The notes under the pieces: generated by a model
Databases searched by the model: none
Told to the model about the DNA's origin: nothing
The model's input: only the letters and a program-made list of their open reading frames with translations
Assembly (NCBI GenBank): GCA_965223155.1
Contig: CBDCVR010000014.1
Span: 704,001 to 768,000, forward strand
Origin: Candidatus Multivoradales bacterium
GTDB lineage: Bacteria > Acidobacteriota > Thermoanaerobaculia > Multivoradales > JAHEKO01
Direction of reading: 5' to 3'
DNA length: 64,000 nucleotides
Translations under genes and position numbers: made by a program
Shown here: positions 1 to 9,470 of the stretch, in pieces
Position numbering within the stretch: the stretch's first letter is position 1
How the letters are laid out: every line of letters begins with the position of its first letter

Positions 1-9
1 GTCCGCCGG

Positions 10-750
10 ATGTGGATCGCCGCCGCGGTCTTTGCGCTCCTGCCGAGCTTTGCTTCGGGCGAACCCGACGCTGCCACACCCAGCCCCGGGCAGCTGGTCG
101 CCTCGAGCGTTGCCCACCACGACCCTCAAGGCCGGTGGCCGGGGGGCGTCTTCGATCTGGTCCTGGCGTTCGAGCCACCGCCAGGTGGCGACACCGAGCC
201 GGCCGGCCAAGAGGTCCGAATCGACAACGCTCGCGGGCGCTACGAGATTCTGAGAACGTCGCATGGGGAACCGGTCCGCGCGGCGCTCGAGGCCGACGGC
301 TCTTGCAGCTTCGAGGTCGCCGAAGCGGCGACCAACGACCCGGACGTTCTGTCTCGCCATGGCCTCACCTGCAAGAAGCTGCTGCGGCGACGCAACTACC
401 ACCGCTACCTCTGGGGCCAGCCCATGAACCTCGCCGCTCCAGGCGAGATCGAGGGCGCGACCGTCGCCGCCGGGACCTTCCAGGGGCACGACGTCTGGAC
501 CCTGCGGCTCCAGTACGAGCCGCCCGCGGGCACGGACCTCTGGTACTTCCACTTCGCGCGCTCGTCACGAGCCCTCGTCGGGTACGAGTTCTTCAAAGAC
601 GAGGCCGAGCGCAAGGGTGAGTACATCGTGTTCGAAGACGAGATCGAAGGAGCTGGCCTTCGCCTGCCGCAACGCCGCACCTGGTACCAGTCCTGGGACG
701 ACGGGCTCCTGGGAACCGACGTCCTGGTTTCGATCGAGGCCGGCGACTAG
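10..750 (+). CDS. Secreted protein, DUF6503-like
   Basis: Signal-peptide-like N-terminus. RNYHRYLWGQPMNL and DLWYFHF...GEYI resemble the DUF6503 family from memory. The true start could lie upstream of the window. Confidence 0.55.
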   Translation: MWIAAAVFALLPSFASGEPDAATPSPGQLVASSVAHHDPQGRWPGGVFDLVLAFEPPPGGDTEPAGQEVRIDNARGRYEILRTSHGEPVRAALEADGSCSFEVAEAATNDPDVLSRHGLTCKKLLRRRNYHRYLWGQPMNLAAPGEIEGATVAAGTFQGHDVWTLRLQYEPPAGTDLWYFHFARSSRALVGYEFFKDEAERKGEYIVFEDEIEGAGLRLPQRRTWYQSWDDGLLGTDVLVSIEAGD

Positions 751-804
751 GGACCTGACCTCTCGGCTGTGTTCGTCAGGGCAAGGCCCCGGCGGGCAGG
801 GACG

Positions 805-2745
805 CTAGAGATCGCGGCTGCGGCTGGCGGCCAGCTCGAGGATCCTCTGACCGATGTCGGCCGGCGACTGCGCTCCCAGATCTTCGCCCGTGCGCAACCG
901 GACGGCGGCGGTACCCGACTCGAGCTCGCGCTCGCCCACGACCAGCATGTAGGGGATCTTCTGGAGCTGCGCCTCGCGAATCTTGTAGCCCAGCTTCTCG
1001 GAGCGCTCGTCCAGCTCGACCCGAACGCCGGTGCTCTCGAGTTCGGCTGCGACCCGGCGTCCATAGTCGGCGAAGCGCTCGGAGACCGGCAGAACGACCG
1101 CCTGGACCGGCGCCAGCCAGACCGGAAAGGCGCCGCCGGTGTGCTCGATCAGGATTCCGATCAGGCGCTCGACCGATCCCAGCATGGCGCGGTGGATCAT
1201 CACCGGCCGATGCTCGGCGCCATCGGCGCCGACATAGGCAAGCTCGAAGCGCTCGGGTAGCTGGTAGTCGAGCTGAACCGTGCCCAGCTGCCAGCTCCGG
1301 CCCAGCGCGTCCTGAACCTGGAAGTCCACCTTGGGGCCGTAGAACGCACCGTCGCCCTCGTTGACTTCGTACTCGATGCCGGCGCTGTCGAGAGCCGCGG
1401 CCAGCGCCTTCTCGGCGGCGTCCCAGACCTCGTCCGAGCCCAGACGCTTCTCCGGACGGGTCGAAAGCTCGATCAGCATGTCGGCAAAGCCGAAGGTGTC
1501 GTAGATGCCGCGGATGATCGAGACGGCTCGCAGGACCTCGTCCTCGACCTGCTCGGAGGTGCAAAAAACGTGGGCGTCGTCCTGGGCAAAGGAGCGGACC
1601 CGGGTGAGCCCCGTGGTCACGCCGCTTCGCTCATAGCGATGAAGACGCCCGAAGTCTGCGTAACGGATGGGCAGGTCCCGGTACGAGCGCAGGCCCGTGG
1701 CGTAGATCAAGCAGTGGGTCGGACAGTTCATCGGCTTGACCGCGAACTGCCGTTCGTCGACCTCGGCAAAGAACATGTTGTCCCGGTAGTTGTCGTAGTG
1801 CCCCGAGGTATGCCAGAGATCGACGTCCAGAATCTGAGGCGTGACCACCTCGGAGTAGCCGTTGGCCGCATTCTGTTCGCGCACGTAGTCGATCAGGGCC
1901 GTGTAGAGCCAGGCGCCCTTGGGATGGAAGAAGGGGCTCGCCGGCGCGTAGTCGCTGAAGCTGAAGAGATCCAGCTCGCCGCCCAGTCGGCGATGATCCC
2001 GCTGCCGGGCCAGCTCCAGCCGTTCCAGATACTCGCCCAGCTCTTCCTTGCGACCGAAAGCGGTGCCGTAGATGCGCTGGAGCATCTCGTTCGACTCATC
2101 GCCCTTCCAGTAGACCCCGGAGGTCTCGAGCAGCTTGATCGCCTTGATCTGACCGGCATGCTGGGCATGCGGTCCCCGGCACAGATCGACGAATCGGCCG
2201 TGCCGGTAGAGAGTGATGGTCTCGCCCTCGGGGATGTCCTCGAGCCGCTCGACCTTGAGCCGCTCGCCCATCTCGGAAAAGAGCTTCCGAGCCTCGTCGC
2301 GCGAGATCTCGATCCGCTCGAAGGCGCTCTTCTCCCGCACGATCTCGCTCATCTTGGCTTCGATGCGCTCGAGGTCCTCGGCCGTGAAGGCTCGCGGAAA
2401 ACGAAAGTCGTACTGGTACTTCTCGGAATGATCCTGGCGGCCCGCGTCGATCTCGACCTCGGGCCACAGCCGTTTGACCGCGTCGGCCAGCACGTGCTCG
2501 GCGCTATGACGCAAGAACTCCCCGGCCTCGGGATCGCGGGCGGTAATGAGCCGGAGGCGAGCGTCCGCCAGCAGCGGCTCGCGCAGGTCGGTCGGACGGC
2601 CGTCCACCTCGGCTCCCACGGCGGCCTTGGCCAAGCCGGGACCGATCGACTGGGCGACATCCATGGGAGTCGCGCCGCGCTCGATCTCGCGCACCGATCC
2701 ATCGGGCAGGGACAGCGAAATGGTCTCGGACATGACGACGGGCAC
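805..2745 (-). CDS. thrS: Threonine--tRNA ligase
   Basis: TGS domain plus DLCRGPH, RDHRRLG, KPMNCP, RYE, GAFYGPKVD, QLGTVQLD, HRAMLGS and the anticodon-binding domain. Start is GTG 2745 or ATG 2733. Confidence 0.98.
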   Translation of the reverse strand: MPVVMSETISLSLPDGSVREIERGATPMDVAQSIGPGLAKAAVGAEVDGRPTDLREPLLADARLRLITARDPEAGEFLRHSAEHVLADAVKRLWPEVEIDAGRQDHSEKYQYDFRFPRAFTAEDLERIEAKMSEIVREKSAFERIEISRDEARKLFSEMGERLKVERLEDIPEGETITLYRHGRFVDLCRGPHAQHAGQIKAIKLLETSGVYWKGDESNEMLQRIYGTAFGRKEELGEYLERLELARQRDHRRLGGELDLFSFSDYAPASPFFHPKGAWLYTALIDYVREQNAANGYSEVVTPQILDVDLWHTSGHYDNYRDNMFFAEVDERQFAVKPMNCPTHCLIYATGLRSYRDLPIRYADFGRLHRYERSGVTTGLTRVRSFAQDDAHVFCTSEQVEDEVLRAVSIIRGIYDTFGFADMLIELSTRPEKRLGSDEVWDAAEKALAAALDSAGIEYEVNEGDGAFYGPKVDFQVQDALGRSWQLGTVQLDYQLPERFELAYVGADGAEHRPVMIHRAMLGSVERLIGILIEHTGGAFPVWLAPVQAVVLPVSERFADYGRRVAAELESTGVRVELDERSEKLGYKIREAQLQKIPYMLVVGERELESGTAAVRLRTGEDLGAQSPADIGQRILELAASRSRDL

Positions 2746-2755
2746 CGAGGGGTCT

Positions 2756-2832
2756 TGGTAGGCGCTAGCGGACTCGAACCGCTGACCTCTACCGTGTGAA
2801 GGTAGCGCTCTAACCAGCTGAGCTAAGCGCCT
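2756..2832 (-). tRNA. tRNA-Val(CAC)
   Basis: Reverse complement AGGCGCTTAGCTCAGCTGGTTAGAGCGCTACCTT-CAC-ACGGTAGAGGTCAGCGGTTCGAGTCCGCTAGCGCCTACCA; cloverleaf, 77 nt, encoded CCA. Confidence 0.97.
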
Positions 2833-2894
2833 CCGGGTATCGTCGGCATCGGCGCCCGGACGAAGCCGCAGCCGCGAAACTCTGGCGAAAACTC

Positions 2895-2971
2895 TGGTAG
2901 GCCCGAGCGGACTCGAACCGCTGACCTCTACGATGTCAACGTAGCGCTCTAACCAGCTGAGCTACGGGCCT
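2895..2971 (-). tRNA. tRNA-Val(GAC)
   Basis: Reverse complement AGGCCCGTAGCTCAGCTGGTTAGAGCGCTACGTT-GAC-ATCGTAGAGGTCAGCGGTTCGAGTCCGCTCGGGCCTACCA; 77 nt, encoded CCA. Confidence 0.97.
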
Positions 2972-3023
2972 TTACCTGTCAAACCCGCCGGCCGGCCGAA
3001 GGCCTGTGCCGGCGAGGTCGTAG

Positions 3024-3053
3024 AACTTAGCAAGCGCTCTCGCAGAGTGTCAA
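3024..3053 (-). promoter_or_regulatory. Sigma70-type promoter for tRNA-Val/tRNA-Val/thrS
   Basis: Minus strand TTGACA-N18-TAAGTT with TGn extended -10, about 50 nt upstream of the first tRNA. Confidence 0.7.
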
Positions 3054-3059
3054 CGCGCG

Positions 3060-5303
3060 CTATCCGACGGTCGCGAGCCAGTTCCGGGCCTTCTCGAGAT
3101 CGGGTCCGTACTTGGCCGGCGGCGCGCCGGCCAGGAAGCGGCTGAGCGCCGCGCGCGCCACGTCGTCCCGGCCGAGCTCCCGGGCGACAAGCCCGAGATT
3201 GAAGAGCGCGTCGAAATTGCGCGGCTCGACCTCGACCGTTCGCTGCCACGCCAGCAGGGCTCCGGGCTTGTCTCCCTGGCTGTAGAGCGCGCTGCCCAGA
3301 TAGTTCCAGGCTTGATCCCGGCGTGGTCCCAGGGCCACGGACTGCCGTGCGTGGTTCTCGGCCTCGCTCCAGGCGCCGGTCCGGAGCGCCACCAGGGCCA
3401 GGGTCTCGTGAGCCGCGGCGTTGCGCGGATCCCGGGCGAAAACCTTGCGCAGCACGGCCGCGGCGGAGCGTTGGTCCCCGGCCTCGGACATGACCACGCC
3501 CAAGGCGTTCAGGGCGTCGGGATCACCAGTCACCGCCATCGGATCCAGCGCGTTGATCGCCTCCTGATAGCGCCCGGCCGCCGACAGGGAAAGCGCGAGC
3601 TGGCGCAGCAGAGCGGGCGTCGTGGCGCCGCGCTCGTGGGCCGAGGTCAAGACCGCCAAGGCCTCGCTAGAGCGCCCGCTCTCGAGCAGCATCTGGGCCA
3701 GGTAGTAGTACGGAGCCGCCATGTCCGGCCGCTCGCGGATGACCTCCTGGAGGGTGGCCGCCGCCCGCTCGAAGCGGCGTTGCCCAAAGTCCTCGAGAGC
3801 CTTGTGGATCTTGCCGTCGAGATGGATCAGGCGCTTGGGATCGTCTTCGACGCCATAGCTGGCCTTGGCCGGACTGGAGCCGCCGAGATACCCCAGCGCC
3901 TGGAGCGAGCGCTCGACCTCGGCCGAGACCTGGCCCCGGCTGGGGGGCCAGACGGACTCCGCGGGCAGAGTCCGAGCCAGCAGCCGCGCCTCGTCCCGCC
4001 GCTCATCGAAGAGATTCTGGGTCTCGCCCGGATCCGCCTCAAGATCGTAGAGCTCGGGCTCGGGCAGAGAGATGAGCTTGAGACCGCCGGCAACGACACC
4101 GCGAAGCGGAGCCCAGCCATGGTCGAGGCTGGCGGTCAGGGCTTCGAAGTAGCCCGAGCGCTCGCCGGTTCCGGCCTGGGTCGGGGGCGGCCCCCGCCAC
4201 AGCGAGCGTCCGGCAAGACCAGACGGCGACGCCACGGCCACGGCCTCGAGCACCGTCGGTAACAGATCGATGTGCCAGACCGGATCGGTTCGCCGCTGCG
4301 GCTTCAGGCCCGGCGTCCACAGCACGAGGGGCACCTTGAGGGTGGCCTCGTAGGCGAAGACGCCATGGGTCTCTTCGCCGTGATCTCCGAGTGCCTCACC
4401 GTGGTCCGAGGTCACGACCACCAAGGCCGGCGCGGCTTCCGCGCCTGCCCGTACGGCCTCGAACAGTGGCGCCAGAAACGAGTCCGTGGCGGCCACCTCT
4501 CCCAGGTACGGCTCCCGAGAATAGTGGGAGGCGAAGGTTCCCGGCGGGGCGTACGGCGCATGCGGATCGAAGAGATGCAGCCAGAGAAACCGGGGCCGTC
4601 CCGCCTGCAGGCGCCACCACGTCAGGCCGAGCTCGACCACGGCGTCGCCCCGGCGCTCGTCCGCCACGTCGCCGGTCGAGCTGCTGTCGCCAACGTCGTC
4701 GTCGTAAACGTCAAAGCCGGCACCGAGTCCAAAGCGCCCATCCAGCGGAAAGGCGCCAATGAAGGCGCCGGTGGCGAAACCGGCACCCCGGAGCAGACTC
4801 GCCAGCGTGGGCGTCGAGGCCGGCAGCACGAAGCCCCGGTTGTCGCGCACTCCGTGCTCGAACGGCAGCCGGCCGGTCAGAATGTTGGCATGGGACGGCA
4901 GAGTCACCACGTTGTGGGCGTGCGCGTTGTCAAACACCCACCCTTCGGCGGCCAGCCGGTCGAGTGCCGGAGTGTCCACGCGGTCGTTGCCAGCGAAGCC
5001 CAACGCATCGGCGCGCAAGGTATCGATCGTGACTAGGACGACGTCCCGGATGCCCACCGGCGCGTCCGAGGGTGCCGCATCGGCGCGATCGGCCGGATCG
5101 TCCGAATCGGCCGGACGGGCTACGGCCCCCGGCTCACTACCCGCGGGCGCCGCCGCAGCCGACTCCGCCGGCACGGAGCCTGCTTCCGGTTCCGCCGTGG
5201 AGCACGACCCGACGGCGATCCCCCCAACTGCCCCGGTCACGACGAGCCCGAGGACCCCGATGAGCGCACGCAGCCGATGCCGCCAACCTCGCATGCCACG
5301 CAT
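3060..5303 (-). CDS. Sulfatase-like hydrolase/transferase with C-terminal TPR repeats, exported
   Basis: LVTIDTLRAD, TLPSHANILTG, HLFDPH, SDHGE, LYDL..DPGE and LQALGY motifs followed by TPRs; hydrophobic N-terminus with Cys. Confidence 0.9.
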   Translation of the reverse strand: MRGMRGWRHRLRALIGVLGLVVTGAVGGIAVGSCSTAEPEAGSVPAESAAAAPAGSEPGAVARPADSDDPADRADAAPSDAPVGIRDVVLVTIDTLRADALGFAGNDRVDTPALDRLAAEGWVFDNAHAHNVVTLPSHANILTGRLPFEHGVRDNRGFVLPASTPTLASLLRGAGFATGAFIGAFPLDGRFGLGAGFDVYDDDVGDSSSTGDVADERRGDAVVELGLTWWRLQAGRPRFLWLHLFDPHAPYAPPGTFASHYSREPYLGEVAATDSFLAPLFEAVRAGAEAAPALVVVTSDHGEALGDHGEETHGVFAYEATLKVPLVLWTPGLKPQRRTDPVWHIDLLPTVLEAVAVASPSGLAGRSLWRGPPPTQAGTGERSGYFEALTASLDHGWAPLRGVVAGGLKLISLPEPELYDLEADPGETQNLFDERRDEARLLARTLPAESVWPPSRGQVSAEVERSLQALGYLGGSSPAKASYGVEDDPKRLIHLDGKIHKALEDFGQRRFERAAATLQEVIRERPDMAAPYYYLAQMLLESGRSSEALAVLTSAHERGATTPALLRQLALSLSAAGRYQEAINALDPMAVTGDPDALNALGVVMSEAGDQRSAAAVLRKVFARDPRNAAAHETLALVALRTGAWSEAENHARQSVALGPRRDQAWNYLGSALYSQGDKPGALLAWQRTVEVEPRNFDALFNLGLVARELGRDDVARAALSRFLAGAPPAKYGPDLEKARNWLATVG

Positions 5304-5388
5304 CTTAGCGAAGCAGGATGCTCGCCGAATCGGGGCACGGCGGCGGCCATGGACCCTCGGCGCCGGCTCCGGCTACGCTTGGCCCGCC

Positions 5389-7266
5389 ATGGACGGAAAC
5401 GCGAAACTCGGGCACCGGTTCGCTCGCCTTGGCCGGTTCACTAGCCTCCAATGGTGCGCGTGCCTCCTCGGGACCATCCTCTCGGGGATCGTCCTCTCGG
5501 CATCCGCCGCCAGCGCTCAACCCGACCTCGGCGGCGCCTCGAACCATCCCGCTGCCGGCGCAGATCCGCTGTTCGAAGAACTCCCCGCGGCATCGGGTCT
5601 CGATTTCGTCCACTTCAACGGCATGTCCGGCGAGCACTACCTGCTCGAGATCACCGGCGGCGGCGCCGCTCTCGTGGACTACGATCGGGACGGCGACCTC
5701 GACGTCTTCCTGGTTCAGGGCGAGATGCTGGCCGGCAAGCCCCTCGCACGGGCCACCTTCGCGCCCAAGCATCCACTGCCTCTGACCGACCGCCTCTATC
5801 GCAACGACACGCCCCAAGAGGGACCGCCGCGGTTCGTGGACGTCACCGAGCCGTCCGGGATCCCGCCTGGCGGCTACGGCATGGGGGTCGCCGCGGCCGA
5901 CTATGACGGCGACGGCTGGACCGACCTCTACATCACCAACTATGGCCAGAACCGGATGCTGCGCAACCGGGGCGACGGCACGTTCGAGGACGCGACCGAA
6001 CGCACCGGCACTGGCGAGCCCCGCTGGAGCGTGGCCGCGGCGTTCGTCGACTTCGACCGCGACGGGCACCTGGATCTCTTCGTCGGTAACTATCTCGACT
6101 TCCACTTCGCCCTCCACAAGGAATGCCCATCGAGTACCGGAGCTCCCGGCTACTGCGGTCCTCTCGCCTACCAGCCGGTGACCGACCGCATGTTCCGCAA
6201 TCGCGGCGACGGCACCTTCGAAGACGTCAGCGCGAGCACCGGCATCGGCTCGGAAGCAGGCACGGGGGGCACGCTGGGAGCGGTGGCGGCCGACTTCAAC
6301 GGTGACGGCTGGGCCGACCTGTACGTCGCCCACGACATGCTGCCCAACCGGCTCTGGATCAACCGGGAGGGACGCCTCTTCGAGGACGAGGCCCTGTTCA
6401 GCGGCTCAGCGGTCAACGGCACCGGCCTGCCCGAGGCCAGCATGGGCGTGGCCGCCGGCGATCCCGACGACGACGGCGACGAGGATCTGTTCCTGGCCCA
6501 TCTCCGCGGGGAGACCAATACGTTCTTCGCCAACGACGGCACGGGGCTCTTTCGCGACGAGACCGTCCGCTTCGGTCTCGCCGGCCCCAGCTTGAAGCAG
6601 ACCTCGTTCGGGGCGGCGTTTGTCGATTTCGACGGCGACGGCGACCTGGATCTGGCGACCGCCAACGGCGCGGTCCGCATCCTCGAATCGCTCGCTCGGC
6701 TGGGCGACCCGTTCCCCCTGCACCAGACCAATCAGCTCTTCGAACGCTCCGAAGCCGGAACCTACCGGGACGTCTCGGCCGCCGGAGGACCCGACTGGCT
6801 GCGCTCCGAGGTGAGCCGCGGTCTGGCCACGGGCGATCTCGACAACGACGGCGGCGTCGATCTGGTGGTCGCCAACAACGGCGGGCCGGTGCGAGCCTTC
6901 CGCAGCGCCGCCCCGCCGCAATGCTGGCTGGGCGTGCGCGCGCTCGACGCCCGCGCGGGCTCCGACGTCCACGGCAGCCTGGTGCGCCTCACCTCGGCAC
7001 CTTCGATAGGCCAGCCGGCCGGACGCTCCCGGCAACGCCGGATCCACAGCGACGGCAGCTACGCCTCGGCCAGCGATCCCAGGGTGCTCATCGCCCAGCC
7101 CTGTAATGAGCGTCCGAGCGCGCTGACCATTGCCTGGCCCGGCGGCGGCAGGCTCGAGCTCGACGACCCGCCCACTCGCTCGTACCTCACCTTCGTCCGC
7201 GGCCAACCGGCCTCCGGACCGCGGCGCCAGGACCAGCCGGAGTCCTCCCGAGGATCCGCTCAATGA
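5389..7266 (+). CDS. CRTAC1-family FG-GAP/VCBS repeat protein with ASPIC/UnbV C-terminus
   Basis: Repeated DxDxDGxxDL motifs, YCGP, EASMG, SRGLATGDLDNDG, GSYAS. Start moved from 4759, which overlaps the divergent sulfatase gene, to in-frame ATG 5389. Confidence 0.88.
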   Translation: MDGNAKLGHRFARLGRFTSLQWCACLLGTILSGIVLSASAASAQPDLGGASNHPAAGADPLFEELPAASGLDFVHFNGMSGEHYLLEITGGGAALVDYDRDGDLDVFLVQGEMLAGKPLARATFAPKHPLPLTDRLYRNDTPQEGPPRFVDVTEPSGIPPGGYGMGVAAADYDGDGWTDLYITNYGQNRMLRNRGDGTFEDATERTGTGEPRWSVAAAFVDFDRDGHLDLFVGNYLDFHFALHKECPSSTGAPGYCGPLAYQPVTDRMFRNRGDGTFEDVSASTGIGSEAGTGGTLGAVAADFNGDGWADLYVAHDMLPNRLWINREGRLFEDEALFSGSAVNGTGLPEASMGVAAGDPDDDGDEDLFLAHLRGETNTFFANDGTGLFRDETVRFGLAGPSLKQTSFGAAFVDFDGDGDLDLATANGAVRILESLARLGDPFPLHQTNQLFERSEAGTYRDVSAAGGPDWLRSEVSRGLATGDLDNDGGVDLVVANNGGPVRAFRSAAPPQCWLGVRALDARAGSDVHGSLVRLTSAPSIGQPAGRSRQRRIHSDGSYASASDPRVLIAQPCNERPSALTIAWPGGGRLELDDPPTRSYLTFVRGQPASGPRRQDQPESSRGSAQ

Positions 7267-9281
7267 CCTGCTCAATGACCCGGGCGCGGTTCCGGCGGCT
7301 GGCGCCCTTCATTCTGGCGCTCGTTCCCTACCTGGGAGAGGCCGGACAGATCGGCACGGTCGGAAACGTCGGGCAGGCCGGCGAGCTCGTGGCGGTGCCC
7401 CACCCGACCCTCGGGGCCATGGACTCGTCGGTGGCCTCGCAGCTCGAAGCCGCCCGTAGCGCCCTCGAAGAAGCCAGGCAGCGGCGCACCAATGATGACG
7501 CCCTGGCTTCGGCCTACGCCGAGCTGGGAAAGCTCTACCTGGCCTACGACCTGGTCGAGGCGGCGGCCGTCGCCCTCGAGAACGCTTCTCTTCTGCGCTC
7601 GAACTTCGAGGGAAGCTACCTGCTGGGGGTGGCGCGCGAGCTCGAAGGCGAGCTCGAAGCCTCTCGCGCGGCCTATGACCGGGCCCTCGAGATCCGGGCC
7701 GGCGACGTGCCGGCGCTGGTGCGCTCGGGCCGGCTGGCTCTCGAGTTGGGTGACGTCGAGACCGGCCGCACCCGGTTCTCGGCCGCCGCCGAGCGGGATC
7801 CGGCGAGCCCGGCGGCGCGCTTTGGCCTCGCACGGGTCGCCCTCGCCGATGGCGAAGCCGAGACCGCCATCCAGCTCCTCGAGCAGGTGGTCCGAGACCA
7901 GCCCAGCGCGGGCCTGGCTCACTATCAGTTGGGGCTCGCCTACCGCCAAGTCGGAGACCGCGCCAAGGCGCGCGCGGCGCTCGAGCGCCAGAACCGCGGA
8001 CCGGTCGCGTTTCCGGATCCGGTCGTCGAAGCGCTAGCGTCGTTGCGCTCCGGAAGTGGCGGCCACATCGTGCGCGCGGCGGCGGCGCGGGCCGCGGGCG
8101 ACCTCATAACGGCGCGAGCCGCCTACGAGGAGGCGCTGGCCGCCGATCCCACGCACGGCGGCGCCCGGCAGGCCCTGGCCGCGACCTTGCTGGGCCTGGG
8201 CCTTGCCGAGGAAGCCGCTCGCGAGTACCAGACCGTGCTCGAAGGCCAGCCTGCGGACGCCTCCGCCCGGTTCAACCTGGGCACCATCTTGATGCGCCTC
8301 GGCCGGATCGAAGACGCCCTGCCGCACCTCGAAGCAGCAGTTTCTCTGGCGCCGGACTTCGCCGACGCGCGTGCCAACCTGGGAACCCTGCTGGAGCGCC
8401 TGGGCCGGCTCGAACAGGCCACGGCGAGCTACCGCGCGAGCCTCGAGCTCGCTCCACAGGACCACGATCTGAGGGTCCAGCTCGCCAGAGTCCTGGATCG
8501 CCGCGGCTTGGACTCGGAGGCCGCAAGCGAAATCGAACGGGTCCTCGCGGCCAGCTCCGACCACCCTGGCGCGCTCTTCTACCAAGCCACGAGGATGGCC
8601 GAGCGTGGTCGGAGCGCGGAGGCGATCGCCGTCTATGACCGCCTGCTCGACCTAACCCGCGAGCCCGAGCGCCGATCCGTCCTCCACCAGCGAATCGCCG
8701 GACTCCTGCGCCGGTCCGGCCGTCCGGCGGAGGCTCTCGAACAGCTCGAAGCGGCTCATGCAGCGAGCACGGGTCCGGGCTTACGCCTCGCGCTTGCCAA
8801 CGCGCTCGCCGCCGCCGGCCGGTTCGATCGGGCCGAAACCACGCTCGCCCAGCTCGTCGCCGAGCAGCCCGAGAACGTCGAGGCCCGGTTTGGCCAGGCG
8901 GTGACTCGCCTCCTGGCGCGGCGCGACCGGCAAGCGCTGGAAGGACTCGAGGCCGGCCTGGCGGTCTTTCCCGAGGATGTCGGACTCCGTCACGTCCTGG
9001 CGCGCCTGCTCGCGGCCAGCGAGGAGGCTGAAATTCGGAACGGCCGTCGGGCTCTGCAGCTGGCACGAGCGGTGTACGAAGCCGCGCCCAACCCGGTCCA
9101 CGCCGAGACCGTCGCGATGGCGCTGGCCGAGCTGGGTGCGTTCGAAGAGGCCGTGCGCTGGCAACAGGGAATTTTGAAGGCCGTGCGTCAGGCGGGGCAC
9201 GAGGACCTGGCGACAGCCGCCGCCGACCGGCTCGATCTCTACCGGCGTGGCCAACCCTGCCGGGCGCCCTGGCTCAAGTAG
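7263..9281 (+). CDS. Exported TPR-repeat protein
   Basis: Many TPR units (ARFNLGTILMRLG, ARANLGTLLERLG); ATGA overlap with the upstream CRTAC1 gene. Confidence 0.88.
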   Translation: MTCSMTRARFRRLAPFILALVPYLGEAGQIGTVGNVGQAGELVAVPHPTLGAMDSSVASQLEAARSALEEARQRRTNDDALASAYAELGKLYLAYDLVEAAAVALENASLLRSNFEGSYLLGVARELEGELEASRAAYDRALEIRAGDVPALVRSGRLALELGDVETGRTRFSAAAERDPASPAARFGLARVALADGEAETAIQLLEQVVRDQPSAGLAHYQLGLAYRQVGDRAKARAALERQNRGPVAFPDPVVEALASLRSGSGGHIVRAAAARAAGDLITARAAYEEALAADPTHGGARQALAATLLGLGLAEEAAREYQTVLEGQPADASARFNLGTILMRLGRIEDALPHLEAAVSLAPDFADARANLGTLLERLGRLEQATASYRASLELAPQDHDLRVQLARVLDRRGLDSEAASEIERVLAASSDHPGALFYQATRMAERGRSAEAIAVYDRLLDLTREPERRSVLHQRIAGLLRRSGRPAEALEQLEAAHAASTGPGLRLALANALAAAGRFDRAETTLAQLVAEQPENVEARFGQAVTRLLARRDRQALEGLEAGLAVFPEDVGLRHVLARLLAASEEAEIRNGRRALQLARAVYEAAPNPVHAETVAMALAELGAFEEAVRWQQGILKAVRQAGHEDLATAAADRLDLYRRGQPCRAPWLK

Positions 9282-9470
9282 CTCCAGTAGCTCCGGCAAC
9301 TCCAGCGCTAGCCCCGCTGTCCTCAACGGGGCCATGGCTGAGACTTCGACGTTTCGTGCCCGGCGACGTCTTCGAGGGTGCGTCAGGGGCAGCTCGACCC
9401 GTCCCGGCCGCAAGCCTTCCAATTCGGCCGGCCGCGACGCTTGGGACGAACGCTCTCGGGAAGACCCGAC

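Noticed and set aside
2756-2971. tRNA genes as an integration site for the cassette array
   Set aside because: No integrase and no duplicated tRNA 3' end were seen, and the array is 35 kb away.
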